64,000 nt of DNA from NCBI GenBank assembly GCA_017442315.1, contig JAFRZX010000092.1:3276-67275 (forward strand). Direction: 5' to 3'. The DNA comes from Bacteroidales bacterium. GTDB lineage: Bacteria > Bacteroidota > Bacteroidia > Bacteroidales > UBA932. Both the position numbers and the translations under genes were made by a program. Shown piece by piece: positions 47,406 to 57,318 of this stretch (its first letter is position 1; every line of letters begins with the position of its first letter). The notes under the pieces are model-generated. The model saw nothing but the letters and a program-made list of their open reading frames with translations. It did no database searches and was not told where the DNA came from.

Positions 47406-47576
47406 ATGTTGATTACATTGTTTATAGGCTTGCTGATCGCTTTGCTTTTCGGCAAGATAACTTATAAGGAGATAAAGCATTATGTCAGAAAATACAGAGA
47501 AAATGGAAAAAGAAGTTCCGGCTCAGGAATCTCAGAAGGAGAAGAAGGAAAAGAAAGGACTTCTGAAGAAGGATAA
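47406..47576 (+). CDS. Candidate small membrane protein overlapping the grpE start
   Basis: MLITLFIGLLIALLFGKITYKEIKHYVRKYR...: one hydrophobic helix plus a basic tail, downstream of the grpE promoter. Confidence 0.35.
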   Translation: MLITLFIGLLIALLFGKITYKEIKHYVRKYRENGKRSSGSGISEGEEGKERTSEEG

Positions 47577-48054
47577 CAACAAACTGAAGATTGAGGAACT
47601 TGAAAAGCAGGTTGCTTCTTTGGAGGAGGTTCTCGCCAAGGAAAAGGATGACTACATCAGACTGATGGCAGAGTTTGACAATTACAGGAGACGTACGGCT
47701 CAGGAAAAGCTTGAACTTGTCAGTGTGGCCTCTATGGATACAATAAAAGGATTGCTTCCGGTATTGGATGATTGTGAAAGGGCATTGAAGGTTCTCCTTG
47801 AATCAGATGACAGCGATGCTGCAAAGGAAGGGACGGAACTGATATATGCCAAGCTTATGGGATACCTCAAGACCAAGGGACTTTCGGTGATAGAGGCTAT
47901 GGACAAGGAGTTTGATACGGATCTTCATGAGGCTGTAGCTCAATTCCCTGTTCAGGAAGAGGAGAAGAAAGGCAAGGTGTTCGATGTGGTTCAGACGGGA
48001 TATATGCTGAATGGCAAAGTTATACGTTTTGCCAAGGTTGTTGTAGGTATTTAA
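47482..48054 (+). CDS. grpE: Nucleotide exchange factor GrpE
   Basis: RLMAEFDNYRRR, LLPVLDD, FDTDLHEAV and GYMLNGKVIRFAKVVV motifs. Confidence 0.97.
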   Translation: MSENTEKMEKEVPAQESQKEKKEKKGLLKKDNNKLKIEELEKQVASLEEVLAKEKDDYIRLMAEFDNYRRRTAQEKLELVSVASMDTIKGLLPVLDDCERALKVLLESDDSDAAKEGTELIYAKLMGYLKTKGLSVIEAMDKEFDTDLHEAVAQFPVQEEEKKGKVFDVVQTGYMLNGKVIRFAKVVVGI

Positions 48055-48075
48055 TATATCAACCACTGATTGGTT

Positions 48076-49251
48076 ATGGCAAGCAAAAGAGATTATTATG
48101 AAGTGCTGGGTGTCAGTAAGAATGCCACAGCTGACGAAATAAAGAGAGCCTATAGGAAACTGGCTGTGAAATATCATCCGGACAAGAATCCCGGAAATAA
48201 GGAAGCGGAAGAAAAATTCAAGGAAGCTGCTGAAGCTTACTCTATTCTGAGTGATGCCGACAAGAAGGCGAGGTATGATCAGTTCGGACATGCCGGTGTT
48301 GACGGTGCGGCTCCTGATTTCAGCGGAGGATTCGGTGATCTCAATGATATACTTAATGATCTGTTTGGAGGTGCATTTGGTGGTGGTTTCGGTGGCGGTT
48401 TCGGTGGCTTCGGTGGCTTTGGCGGAGGTAGGCAGGGACAGCGTCAGCAGAGAGTCTACAGAGGTCGTGATATCCGTGTACGCGTTAAGCTGACATTAGA
48501 GGAGATTGCAAAAGGCGTTGAAAAGGAAATCAATATTGAAAAAAGTGTACCGTGTACGGAATGTGGAGGCAAAGGAGCCAGAAACAGTGCTGATATAAAG
48601 ACCTGTCCTGCATGTAACGGTACAGGTCAGGTTCAGAGAGTGACGCAGTCGTTCTTAGGTCAGACTGTTACTTATTCCACATGCCAGCAGTGTGGGGGAG
48701 AGGGTAAGATTATAACCAACCCATGTCACTCATGCAATGGTACGGGACTCATACGCAAACGTGAAACCATTAAGGTCAAGATACCGGCAGGTGTAGAGGC
48801 AGGCATGCAGCTTACTGTTCAGGGGGCAGGACATGCAGCAAAGAACAATGGAATAAACGGTGACCTGCTTGTGGTGATAGAGGAGCAGGAACATCCTGAA
48901 ATCAAGCGCGAAGGCAATAATCTTTATTACACTAAGATCATATCTATGCCAGATGCTGTTCTGGGAACGGAGACGGAAATCCCATGTCTTGACGGTACCT
49001 ATAAGATAAAGGTGGAACCTGGCACCCAGTCCGGTACGGTTGTGCGTTTGAGAGGACGTGGGCTTCCTAGCGTAAACGGATATGGTGGAACTGGTGATAT
49101 GTATGTAAAGATTGCTGTCTGGATACCTAAGAAACTTGACAAGAGCGACAAGGCTGTCATAGAGTCATTGCGTGGCAAGGAATCTTTCAGACCGGATCCT
49201 GGTAAGGAAGACCGCACTTTCTTCGATAAGATTAAGGATCTGTTCGATTGA
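48076..49251 (+). CDS. dnaJ: Chaperone DnaJ
   Basis: J-domain HPD, G/F-rich region, four CxxCxGxG repeats. Confidence 0.98.
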   Translation: MASKRDYYEVLGVSKNATADEIKRAYRKLAVKYHPDKNPGNKEAEEKFKEAAEAYSILSDADKKARYDQFGHAGVDGAAPDFSGGFGDLNDILNDLFGGAFGGGFGGGFGGFGGFGGGRQGQRQQRVYRGRDIRVRVKLTLEEIAKGVEKEINIEKSVPCTECGGKGARNSADIKTCPACNGTGQVQRVTQSFLGQTVTYSTCQQCGGEGKIITNPCHSCNGTGLIRKRETIKVKIPAGVEAGMQLTVQGAGHAAKNNGINGDLLVVIEEQEHPEIKREGNNLYYTKIISMPDAVLGTETEIPCLDGTYKIKVEPGTQSGTVVRLRGRGLPSVNGYGGTGDMYVKIAVWIPKKLDKSDKAVIESLRGKESFRPDPGKEDRTFFDKIKDLFD

Positions 49252-49283
49252 TGCCGGCATTTTGAAAAGTTTTTGCAAAATAA

Positions 49284-49314
49284 TTTGCAGGTTAAAAAAT
49301 AATTCCTACCTTTG
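49284..49314 (+). promoter_or_regulatory. rplS promoter
   Basis: TTTG-19 nt-TACCTTTG. Confidence 0.8.
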
Positions 49315-49330
49315 CAATCCCAAAATGAAA

Positions 49331-49369
49331 GCAACCTCTTGTGACGGGTGAAAAAGAGCGCAATGTTGC
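49331..49369 (+). ncRNA. Candidate L19 ribosomal leader
   Basis: Nested stems GCAAC/GTTGC and CTCTT/AAGAG in the rplS 5' UTR. Confidence 0.45.
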
Positions 49370-49392
49370 CAATAATTTAATTTGACAAAGAA

Positions 49393-49770
49393 ATGGATCT
49401 TATTAAAGTAGTAGAGCAGGCATTTGCAAACGAAAAGGTTGCCAGCTACCCGAAATTTAAAGCCGGTGATACAATCACTGTGACATACAGAATCAAGGAA
49501 GGTGATAAGGAAAGACTCCAGAAGTTCAGAGGAACTGTTATCCAGCTCCGTGGAGCTTCAGCTGCGACAAGAACCTTTACTATACGTAAAGTTGCCAGTG
49601 GTGTCGGTGTAGAGAGAATCTTCCCTTTTGAATCACCGTTCATCGAGTCAATAGAACTCAATAAGGTAGGTAAAGTCCGTCGTGCACGTATCTTCTATCT
49701 TCGTGAACTTTCTGGTAAGAAGGCTCGTATCAAAGAAAAGAAGATGACTGTCGCAAAAGACAACGAGTAA
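49393..49770 (+). CDS. rplS: 50S ribosomal protein L19
   Basis: FKAGDT, ERLQKFRG, GVGVERIFP and GKVRRARIFYLR motifs. Confidence 0.98.
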   Translation: MDLIKVVEQAFANEKVASYPKFKAGDTITVTYRIKEGDKERLQKFRGTVIQLRGASAATRTFTIRKVASGVGVERIFPFESPFIESIELNKVGKVRRARIFYLRELSGKKARIKEKKMTVAKDNE

Positions 49771-49790
49771 TAAGCAGTACAACTGCAACC

Positions 49791-49864
49791 GGCCCCATAG
49801 CTCAACTGAATAGAGCATTTGACTACGGATCAAAAGGTTTCAGGTTTGAATCCTGATGGGGTCA
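49791..49864 (+). tRNA. tRNA-Arg (anticodon ACG)
   Basis: Cloverleaf with acceptor GGCCCCA/TGGGGTC, anticodon arm TTTGA-CTACGGA-TCAAA and T arm TCAGG-TTTGAAT-CCTGA. CCA is not encoded. Confidence 0.96.
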
Positions 49865-49910
49865 CAAAAAAGGAACCGACTGATAATGTTTCAGTCGGTT
49901 CCTTTTTTGT
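49864..49910. terminator. Bidirectional terminator (rplS-tRNA / trkA)
   Basis: Perfect 20-bp inverted repeat ACAAAAAAGGAACCGACTGA / TCAGTCGGTTCCTTTTTTGT. Confidence 0.9.
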
Positions 49911-49928
49911 CAATATCTTCCTATTTAC

Positions 49929-51287
49929 TTATTTAAAGAATTGATCTACATCTTTTGCGGCTTCCGGCAGAGCGAATACGGCAACGCGGTCATATGCCTG
50001 AATTTGTGTGTCTCCTACTGCAATAAAGGATTCATTACCTCTGATTACACCTCCTATTATAGCATTTTTAGGGAAGTCCGTATCTTTCAGCTGGTGTTTA
50101 GTTATTTCGCTCTCAGGTGCAACAATGTATTCTAACACTTCTGCATTTGTTCCACTCATATACTTTATGAAGCGTACTTTATTGCTGAGTGTAAATTTGA
50201 AGATTCTGCCTGCAGTGATGAGTTTTTTATTGATTACAGCATCTACTCCCATGCTTTCTGCAAGTCTGATATACTCTATGTTTTCAACTTCAGCAATCGT
50301 TCTTGCAATACCGAGTCTTTTTGCTGCAACACAAGCGAGTATGTTTGTTTCTGAGCTGTTCGTTACGGCGATGAATGCGTCATAATCTCTGATTGACTCT
50401 TCGAGCAGCATGTCCGAATTTCTTCCGTCACCGTTAACTACGATGACGTTATCTGGAAGTTTCTCCGACAGATCAATACATTTTTCCTTGTTCATTTCGA
50501 TGAGCTTTATCGATGTCAGTTGCTTTGAGAGCAGTCTGGCAACCATTTCTCCTATCGGACTTCCTCCAAGAATCATGACACTGTCGACTTCTATATTCTT
50601 TTTCCCGATGTACTTCATCAGCATATCCATCCCTTCCCGTTTGGATATGATGAAAACAAGATCGTGATATTTGAACTTGGTATCGAATTTCGGAATGATG
50701 GTTTCGTTGTTTCTTGAAATTGCTACCACTCTGTATTTCAATCCTTCTTCAGCAGCAGCATTGCTGAAATCTGCCATGTTCATTCCAAGCAGAGGTGAAT
50801 CTTCTTCAAGCTTGAATACGGCAAGTTGAAGCTTGCCTCTTGCAAAATCCAGAGAATCAGATGATGCCGTTCTTTTGAGAAGGTCTACTATTTCGTTTGA
50901 TGCAATCTTTTCGGGATAGAAAAGCAGGTCAATACCCATTTCCGTGAATAGGTATTTGTTCTCGTATGTTAGATATTCCTCGTTGTTTATACGTGCTGTT
51001 ACTTTTTTGCTGCCGAGTTTTTTAGCGAGGATAGCGCTCACAATATTTACATCCTGTGAGTCGGACGGATTGACGGCAATGAACAGATCTGCTTTGCCTA
51101 CACCTGCTTCCTGAAGAGTATGAATGGCAGATGGGTTACCCTCTACAGTAATGACGTCAGTGTTAAGACTTAGTGCGTCTAGCCTTTCCTGATTATTATC
51201 TATGACGGTTATGTCATTAGCTTCATTGCTAAGCATTTTGGCAAGGTGAGATCCTACTTCACCAGCTCCTGCAATTACAATCTTCAT
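49929..51287 (-). CDS. trkA: Trk potassium uptake regulatory subunit
   Basis: Two RCK/NAD-binding repeats (IAGAGEVG and ILGGSPIG). Confidence 0.92.
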   Translation of the reverse strand: MKIVIAGAGEVGSHLAKMLSNEANDITVIDNNQERLDALSLNTDVITVEGNPSAIHTLQEAGVGKADLFIAVNPSDSQDVNIVSAILAKKLGSKKVTARINNEEYLTYENKYLFTEMGIDLLFYPEKIASNEIVDLLKRTASSDSLDFARGKLQLAVFKLEEDSPLLGMNMADFSNAAAEEGLKYRVVAISRNNETIIPKFDTKFKYHDLVFIISKREGMDMLMKYIGKKNIEVDSVMILGGSPIGEMVARLLSKQLTSIKLIEMNKEKCIDLSEKLPDNVIVVNGDGRNSDMLLEESIRDYDAFIAVTNSSETNILACVAAKRLGIARTIAEVENIEYIRLAESMGVDAVINKKLITAGRIFKFTLSNKVRFIKYMSGTNAEVLEYIVAPESEITKHQLKDTDFPKNAIIGGVIRGNESFIAVGDTQIQAYDRVAVFALPEAAKDVDQFFK

Positions 51288-51297
51288 ATAGAATCAA

Positions 51298-52425
51298 TTA
51301 GCTGTAATCAATGAAATCCTTTTTCCTGATGCATCTGAATACATTTCTGCCTTTAAGGAGAGACTCCATTATAATCCATTTTCTGTATATACCTTTGACA
51401 TTTATTCTGCCTGCAAAGGATTGTATATGTGATAAGACCTCTTCATGCGTCGGACGATGCGTCATCTTTCTATATTCCTTATGAGCCTTCCATACGGACA
51501 TGAAATTTTCAATCCTGAAGGTTGCAAGGTATACGGATGCAGAAAGCATATCAAGACATTTCCTGATAAAAATTCTTTTATTGGCCTTGCTTATTCCTTT
51601 CGATGCCGCGTTTTCCAAAGAATTTCCTTTCTTCAATTCATCGGCGGCAAAGGTGAAAGCAAGATTGTTGTCAAGCATCAGGAGATTGTTACGGTAGTTG
51701 AGAAAAAGCTTGAATGGCGAACTTGCTGGAAGTGTACCGCCACCGACATGATATACGATGGATTCAGGCACGATGGTGATCTTCCATCCTTTCAGTTGCA
51801 TTTTCCAGCACATGTCTATCTCTTCCATGTGTGCAAAGAACCTGTTGTCCAGCTTTCCGACTTCCTTGAATGCCTTGCTTCTGACCATCAGACAGGCTCC
51901 GGTTGCCCAGAATACATCTGCAGGAGTATTGTACTGTCCGTAGTCTTTCTCCAGTCTTTTCAATATGCGTCCTCTGCAGAACGGATATCCGTATCTGTCT
52001 ATATACCCTCCTGCTGCTCCTGCATATTCAAACATATCCTTTTCCTGCCAACTGTGAAGTTTTGGAGCGCATGCGCCACATTGCATATCAGCATCCATGT
52101 GGTCGATCAGTGGCTGCAGCCAGTTATGGGTAACTTCAATGTCTGAATTTATCAGAAGGAAATATTCGGGAGCATCCGGACCTTTGTTTACCTCTTCAAA
52201 AGCCTTGTTATAACCTCCTGTAAATCCAAGATTCGTCTCGAATCTTAGTGTCCTGACAGTGGGGAATGATTTCTGCATCATTTCATATGAACCATCTGTG
52301 GAAGCATTGTCAGCGACAAATACTTCCGCCCCTTCCACTTTTCTGACAGAAGTCAGCAGACCGGGAAGAAAACTTTGTAGAAATCCTACAGTGTTCCAGT
52401 TCAGTATGACGATGGCAACTTTCAT
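51298..52425 (-). CDS. GT2 glycosyltransferase (rhamnosyltransferase-like)
   Basis: VILNWN, DNASTDGS, NLGFTGGYN, LLINSD, EEIDMCW and VYHVGG-like motifs. Confidence 0.9.
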   Translation of the reverse strand: MKVAIVILNWNTVGFLQSFLPGLLTSVRKVEGAEVFVADNASTDGSYEMMQKSFPTVRTLRFETNLGFTGGYNKAFEEVNKGPDAPEYFLLINSDIEVTHNWLQPLIDHMDADMQCGACAPKLHSWQEKDMFEYAGAAGGYIDRYGYPFCRGRILKRLEKDYGQYNTPADVFWATGACLMVRSKAFKEVGKLDNRFFAHMEEIDMCWKMQLKGWKITIVPESIVYHVGGGTLPASSPFKLFLNYRNNLLMLDNNLAFTFAADELKKGNSLENAASKGISKANKRIFIRKCLDMLSASVYLATFRIENFMSVWKAHKEYRKMTHRPTHEEVLSHIQSFAGRINVKGIYRKWIIMESLLKGRNVFRCIRKKDFIDYS

Positions 52426-52437
52426 CTGTCAGTCATG

Positions 52438-53025
52438 TCAATGGCATCCGCATCCGCATTCACTGTCACCGCAGTGACCGCCGTCGCATCCACCTTCGCA
52501 TCCTCCATCATGTCCGTGGCATCCTCCGCATCCGCATGTGTGTACGTATTCTCCGTGAAGGCCTTCAGTCAGTTCTTTTTCCGTCGCATCGCGTACTGTA
52601 AGGATCTCTCCTGTGAAGTGGAGGGTCTTGCCTGCCATAGGATGGTTAAGGTCCATCTTTACGATAGCTTCTGAAACTTCAAGAACTTTTCCCGGTATTA
52701 CTCCTCCCATGCTGTTCATCATAGGTATGGTATTTCCAGGTACAAGAAGATCTTCGCGTACTTCACCGTTAACTTCAAACGCTGTCTTAGGCAGTTCTAT
52801 GATCCGTTGGCTTTCTACCTCTCCGTATCCATCTGCAGGAGAAAGTGTTACATCGAATCTGCTTCCTGCTTCCAGACCCTCGATATGGGCTTCAAGTTTT
52901 GGCAGAATGCATCCTGTGCCATGTATGTAGTCAAGCGGTTTTTCTTTTGTAGTGTGGTCGACAACTTGTCCGTCGACTTCAAGTTCATAGCAGAATTCCA
53001 CTACTTTGTTCTGTGTGATTTTCAT
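52438..53025 (-). CDS. slyD: FKBP-type peptidyl-prolyl isomerase SlyD
   Basis: AYG-like PADGYG, DLNHPMAGKTLHF, His/Cys/Gly-rich tail. Confidence 0.92.
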   Translation of the reverse strand: MKITQNKVVEFCYELEVDGQVVDHTTKEKPLDYIHGTGCILPKLEAHIEGLEAGSRFDVTLSPADGYGEVESQRIIELPKTAFEVNGEVREDLLVPGNTIPMMNSMGGVIPGKVLEVSEAIVKMDLNHPMAGKTLHFTGEILTVRDATEKELTEGLHGEYVHTCGCGGCHGHDGGCEGGCDGGHCGDSECGCGCH

Positions 53026-53048
53026 TTTATTTGTTTTTAGTCATTATT

Positions 53049-54413
53049 CTATGCTGAGAATGATACATCCTCGAATGCGAGGCTAGGTATCTGCCATCTC
53101 ACACTTGGTCTGGCATCTGAGCCGGCAGCCAGAAGGTTGTTCCACAATTCCATGAGATTGCCGGTAATCAGCATTTCCTTGACAGGATGTGTTATCCTGC
53201 CTTTGCTGAAAGCGAACCCTTCTATTCCAAACGAGTAGTCGCCTGTCACCGGATTGCAGTTGCCGCCATTGAATCCGGTAACAAGGATTCCGTTGCCGCT
53301 GATGCGCAGAATATCTTCCAAAGATAAGTCTTTTTCCTTGTATGGCAAAGTATTTCCTTTGAGATAAGGTTGCAGACAAGGTCTTGAAATATCTTCTACA
53401 GTAGCTTTCATATCCATTTTATTGGACATATATGTGTTTGTAAAGTATTGCCTTACAAAGCCGTTTTCTATTATGGGCGAATCCGATGTGGCCACACCTT
53501 CAGTGTCGAAAAGTCGGGAACCGGCTTTGCCCGGAGTTCTTGCCATATCCATAAGGGTCATACCTTCTGGGAATACCTGTTTGCCGAGGCTTTTATCCAG
53601 AAATGACATCTTCTGCTGGATAGAAGATGCATTGAGTGCCGTAAATATAGGAGATACCAGTCTTGATGCAACGTTTGTATCCACTACCATCCGGTATCTG
53701 CCACCTTTCCTGTTTTTTGGACCTATCTGACGGACAGCCCTTTTTAAAGCTATTTCCCCGCACTTGCAGATACCCAGATCCGCTTTCATCGGAAAGGCTT
53801 CCCACCAGAATCCGCTGTATTTATTGCCATCACAATCTTCAATCGTCATTTCTGTGAAGGCACTGAATGATGTTTCTGTGTGCCTGCCTTCAAATCCCTG
53901 GGAGTCTACCAGTACGCAGTCTTCATAGGATTCTGTATATTCGCATTCTTCCGAAATAAGAGAGAATGTATCCATCTTTTCGTGTGAGTTGAAAATAGAT
54001 AGGTTCCGGAGACATTTCAATCTGCTTTCTGCATCGGAATTTTCGTATGTCAGGTCATAAAGATGCAGTTCCTGGCCATTTGTGGCATCTTTTGCCATTC
54101 TTTCCGGCGCAGGCAATGTCCTGCATCTGTCTTCTCCCAGCATCCTCACCATTGCGATGGCCTTGAGAATGAAATCTTCCAGTTCAGCCTTTTCCAATCT
54201 GTTGGTTGAAAAGGTCCCGTATCTTCCGTCTGCAAACAGATATATGAATATAGATCTGTCTGCAGAATGTGAGACTTTGTCCAGTTCTCCATTGAGCATG
54301 GTACAGGAATCTGTAATACTTTTGGAAAGCGATATACGGATTCCGTCTGCTCCGTTTGCTGTTGCAAAGGCAATACAGTCTTTGGCAAGCATTATTTCCT
54401 GCTGGCTTATCAT
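53049..54413 (-). CDS. TldE/PmbA family protein
   Basis: FDTEGV, NPVTGDYSFG and EMLITGN motifs; overlaps tldD. Confidence 0.88.
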   Translation of the reverse strand: MISQQEIMLAKDCIAFATANGADGIRISLSKSITDSCTMLNGELDKVSHSADRSIFIYLFADGRYGTFSTNRLEKAELEDFILKAIAMVRMLGEDRCRTLPAPERMAKDATNGQELHLYDLTYENSDAESRLKCLRNLSIFNSHEKMDTFSLISEECEYTESYEDCVLVDSQGFEGRHTETSFSAFTEMTIEDCDGNKYSGFWWEAFPMKADLGICKCGEIALKRAVRQIGPKNRKGGRYRMVVDTNVASRLVSPIFTALNASSIQQKMSFLDKSLGKQVFPEGMTLMDMARTPGKAGSRLFDTEGVATSDSPIIENGFVRQYFTNTYMSNKMDMKATVEDISRPCLQPYLKGNTLPYKEKDLSLEDILRISGNGILVTGFNGGNCNPVTGDYSFGIEGFAFSKGRITHPVKEMLITGNLMELWNNLLAAGSDARPSVRWQIPSLAFEDVSFSA

Positions 54414-55828
54414 TGGTCACCTCCTACAATTAGTTTTTTGACAAGTACGGTAGGCATTCCACAGGATACCGGTACGCTCTGTTCCTTACCACATGTCCAT
54501 GTCCCGTTATCAATCTTAAGGTCATTTCCTATAGCCGCAATATCAGAAAGTGCCTGTGGACCGTTTCCGATTATGTTTATGTCCTTCACAGGGGCAGTCA
54601 GGCAGCCGTTCTCTATCAGGCAGCCGCTTTTTACGAAGAATGTGAAATCCCCTTCACCTATCTTTACCTGTCCATTCGAGAATTCGTCCACGTAGATACC
54701 CTTCTTAACCGATGTTATGATGTCCTTCGGATCAGCATTGCCGCTTTCCATGTATGTGGCCCTCATCCTTGGAATAGGATTATATCTGAAATTCTCTCTT
54801 CGCCCGTTACCTGTCGATTGCACTCCATACCAGCTTGCGCTTATTCTGTCGTGAAGATATGAGTTGAGTATGCCGTTCTTCACCATGTAGGTCTTTTCGC
54901 CAGGTACTCCTTCGTCGTCATAATTTCCGGATCCACGGTTCCACATGATGGTTCCGTCATCAACAATATCAATACCTTCGGGACATATTCTGCATCCCAT
55001 CTTATCAGAGAATATTGACTGTCCCTTTCTGTTGAAGTCAGCTTCAAAGGCATGTCCCATCGCCTCATGTAGAAGGATTCCTGAAGCTCCGGCACCCATT
55101 ACGACACTCATCTGTCCTCCTTTAGGCCTTATTGCACAAAATCTTTCATCAATTCCTGCTACTATTTCTTTAGCTATTTCTTCTATAAGGGATGGTGAAA
55201 TCAACTCGGCACCTTTACGGAAACTTCGTGCAACACTTTTATTTTCTGTCTTTTCTCCCTGCTGGAATACAGCTGTGACGCTGATGCTTCCCATCGGCCT
55301 GGTCTCGCATGTAAGTTCACCAAAGGAATTGTACATCATCACGTCGCTTACAGAATCAGAAAGACGGGCAATGACCTTGACGATTCTGCTGTCCTTTGAG
55401 AAAACGGCTTGTTCCAGTCCGGTAAGAAACGGGACGAAATGGCCGGCATCAAACAGCCTCCAATCGCGTTCTACAGGGTAGAAATCATGTCTTCTGTCAT
55501 CAGTAGGTTTATATACCTTGTGTCCGGAACATCCGGAAGCAATTGCGGCGGCGGCTTTAGCAGCCTTTACCATGTCTTCCATGCTGGTGTTTTCCGAATA
55601 TGCATAACCGGTCTTTTCTCCTGTCAGGACTCTGATTCCTACTCCGAAATCGGTATGGAAGCCCCCGGAAGACACTACTCCGTCTTTAAGAAGGAGGTTG
55701 AAATAAGTAGTGTGTTCAAAATATAGATCGGAAAAGTCTCCTCCATACCTGAGTGCTGTGGATATGAGATCTTCAAGTTGTCTTCTGTTTACCTTGAACA
55801 GATCCAGATAATATTGTGTGATATTCAT
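54410..55828 (-). CDS. tldD: TldD metalloprotease
   Basis: HEAMGHAFEAD, DDEG, GNGRR, PRM and CGK motifs. Confidence 0.9.
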   Translation of the reverse strand: MNITQYYLDLFKVNRRQLEDLISTALRYGGDFSDLYFEHTTYFNLLLKDGVVSSGGFHTDFGVGIRVLTGEKTGYAYSENTSMEDMVKAAKAAAAIASGCSGHKVYKPTDDRRHDFYPVERDWRLFDAGHFVPFLTGLEQAVFSKDSRIVKVIARLSDSVSDVMMYNSFGELTCETRPMGSISVTAVFQQGEKTENKSVARSFRKGAELISPSLIEEIAKEIVAGIDERFCAIRPKGGQMSVVMGAGASGILLHEAMGHAFEADFNRKGQSIFSDKMGCRICPEGIDIVDDGTIMWNRGSGNYDDEGVPGEKTYMVKNGILNSYLHDRISASWYGVQSTGNGRRENFRYNPIPRMRATYMESGNADPKDIITSVKKGIYVDEFSNGQVKIGEGDFTFFVKSGCLIENGCLTAPVKDINIIGNGPQALSDIAAIGNDLKIDNGTWTCGKEQSVPVSCGMPTVLVKKLIVGGDQ

Positions 55829-55838
55829 TTTCTGTCAA

Positions 55839-56456
55839 TTATAAGGAGAGGATATCTCCGGTCTCTTCTGCCTGCTGATGTCTGGTCAATGCTATGTCCT
55901 TTATGATCCGATATGTATCTTCGTCCTTTATGCTGATCAGGTCGGTCTTTGAACCTTCTGCTATGACTCTGAAAGGAATCTGAGAATTGTCTGCCAGAAT
56001 CCATCTTTCGCAGACAGGTGAATAATGATGGAAGAAATAATCGATACCGACATTATACCTTCTTCGTATCGTTTCTTCAGGAATATCATGACCTCCGGTT
56101 TCAACTCTGGCCCGTACTCTGGCTATTGCCATCTCAGGTGAGCGTAGCCAGAAGTAAAGAAGTGTAACGGTATAACCTGCTTCCTGAGCCATTCTCACTG
56201 TCTTGAGCAGGGTTCTGGTAGCGAGAGTTGTCTCAATGGCGAAATCCTGTTTCTTCTTGAGAAGGTATCTGATTTTCATCAGCATATATCTGCTGGCCTG
56301 GATAGATGCTTTTGACGGATCAAAAGGAGAAAGCCCTTTTGCAAACTCATCCGAATTCACGAATTCTCTGCATTCAAGCATTTCCGGCAGCAACGAATAA
56401 GATGCGGTGGTTTTTCCTGCGCCATTACATCCTGATATTATGTATAGTCTAGGCAT
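55839..56456 (-). CDS. Zeta-toxin-like P-loop kinase/ATPase
   Basis: GCNGAGKTT, ETTL, RVRARV..GGHDIPE and DNS motifs. Confidence 0.8.
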   Translation of the reverse strand: MPRLYIISGCNGAGKTTASYSLLPEMLECREFVNSDEFAKGLSPFDPSKASIQASRYMLMKIRYLLKKKQDFAIETTLATRTLLKTVRMAQEAGYTVTLLYFWLRSPEMAIARVRARVETGGHDIPEETIRRRYNVGIDYFFHHYSPVCERWILADNSQIPFRVIAEGSKTDLISIKDEDTYRIIKDIALTRHQQAEETGDILSL

Positions 56457-56526
56457 AATTCAAAAAATTATCAATTATGTACTGGTTGTTTCGCAACTAG
56501 TCTTCCTGATCCTCATATACTGATGA

Positions 56527-57246
56527 TTATTCAGTTCTGTCGGACTTTTTATGGGTGACTCCATATCCGAACAGAGCAAAATCTCCCATGCATGGATCAT
56601 CCGGCCAGATTTCTTTGAATGCATCTGTTATCTCTCTTGCCGTCAATATATCCTTCTGTCTGCGCTGGGTCAGTCCAAGGGCTGATGCTTGTCCATATAC
56701 ATGTACATCCAATGGTATGATAAGAGATTCTTTTGATGTATTCTTCCAGATGCCAAGATCGACTTTCCCGTCGTCTCTTACCAGCCATCTGCGCATCATG
56801 CTGATCTTCTTGTTTGGGGCTTTCCTATCTTCTTTCTGACCGAAGACCCTGGTCCTTATTTCCATATCTCCTATTCCTTCGATACTGCTCCGTTCCATAT
56901 ACAGACTGCGGAGTCTGCTGCATATGCCGGCAAATTCGCTCCATTTTATGGTTCTATGGAGACTGACATCCTCATTCCTATATTCTCCGTTCATCACATA
57001 TTCGTAAGGTTGCCATCCCATTTCCTCGAACATCCTGTTGCAGTCTCTGACTATCATTGATCTTCTTCCCCATGCAAGATGTGCTGACAGAAGGGCGGAT
57101 ATCTCTATATCTGCTATGACAGCGAGCCCTTTGTCATATTTTTCTGTGAAAAATCTGGGAAAGATGATAGGGTCTTCCGTAAAATATTTCGGGTCATTGT
57201 ATTCCTGCGCCCACCCGATAAGTGTCTCTTTCAATGATTTGTCCAT
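56527..57246 (-). CDS. DUF2400 (TIGR02757-like) protein
   Basis: DPI, AWGRR, RWLVR..VDLGIW, IPLDVHV and DP..DFALFG motifs. Confidence 0.82.
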   Translation of the reverse strand: MDKSLKETLIGWAQEYNDPKYFTEDPIIFPRFFTEKYDKGLAVIADIEISALLSAHLAWGRRSMIVRDCNRMFEEMGWQPYEYVMNGEYRNEDVSLHRTIKWSEFAGICSRLRSLYMERSSIEGIGDMEIRTRVFGQKEDRKAPNKKISMMRRWLVRDDGKVDLGIWKNTSKESLIIPLDVHVYGQASALGLTQRRQKDILTAREITDAFKEIWPDDPCMGDFALFGYGVTHKKSDRTE

Positions 57247-57264
57247 AACCGGTACAAATATATG

Positions 57265-57296
57265 AAAAAAAGGCCGGTTGCGTATTGCAGCCGGCC
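57265..57296 (-). terminator. Terminator of the POT transporter gene
   Basis: GGCCGGCTGC...GCAACCGGCC followed by T7 on the minus strand. Confidence 0.8.
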
Positions 57297-57318
57297 AGAA
57301 TTATATGTGTATTCTGAA

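Noticed and set aside
48366-48430. GGTGGTTTC-type tandem repeats
   Set aside because: They encode the normal G/F-rich region of DnaJ.
51445-52146. 233-aa plus-strand ORF
   Set aside because: Antisense to the GT2 gene with no recognisable features.
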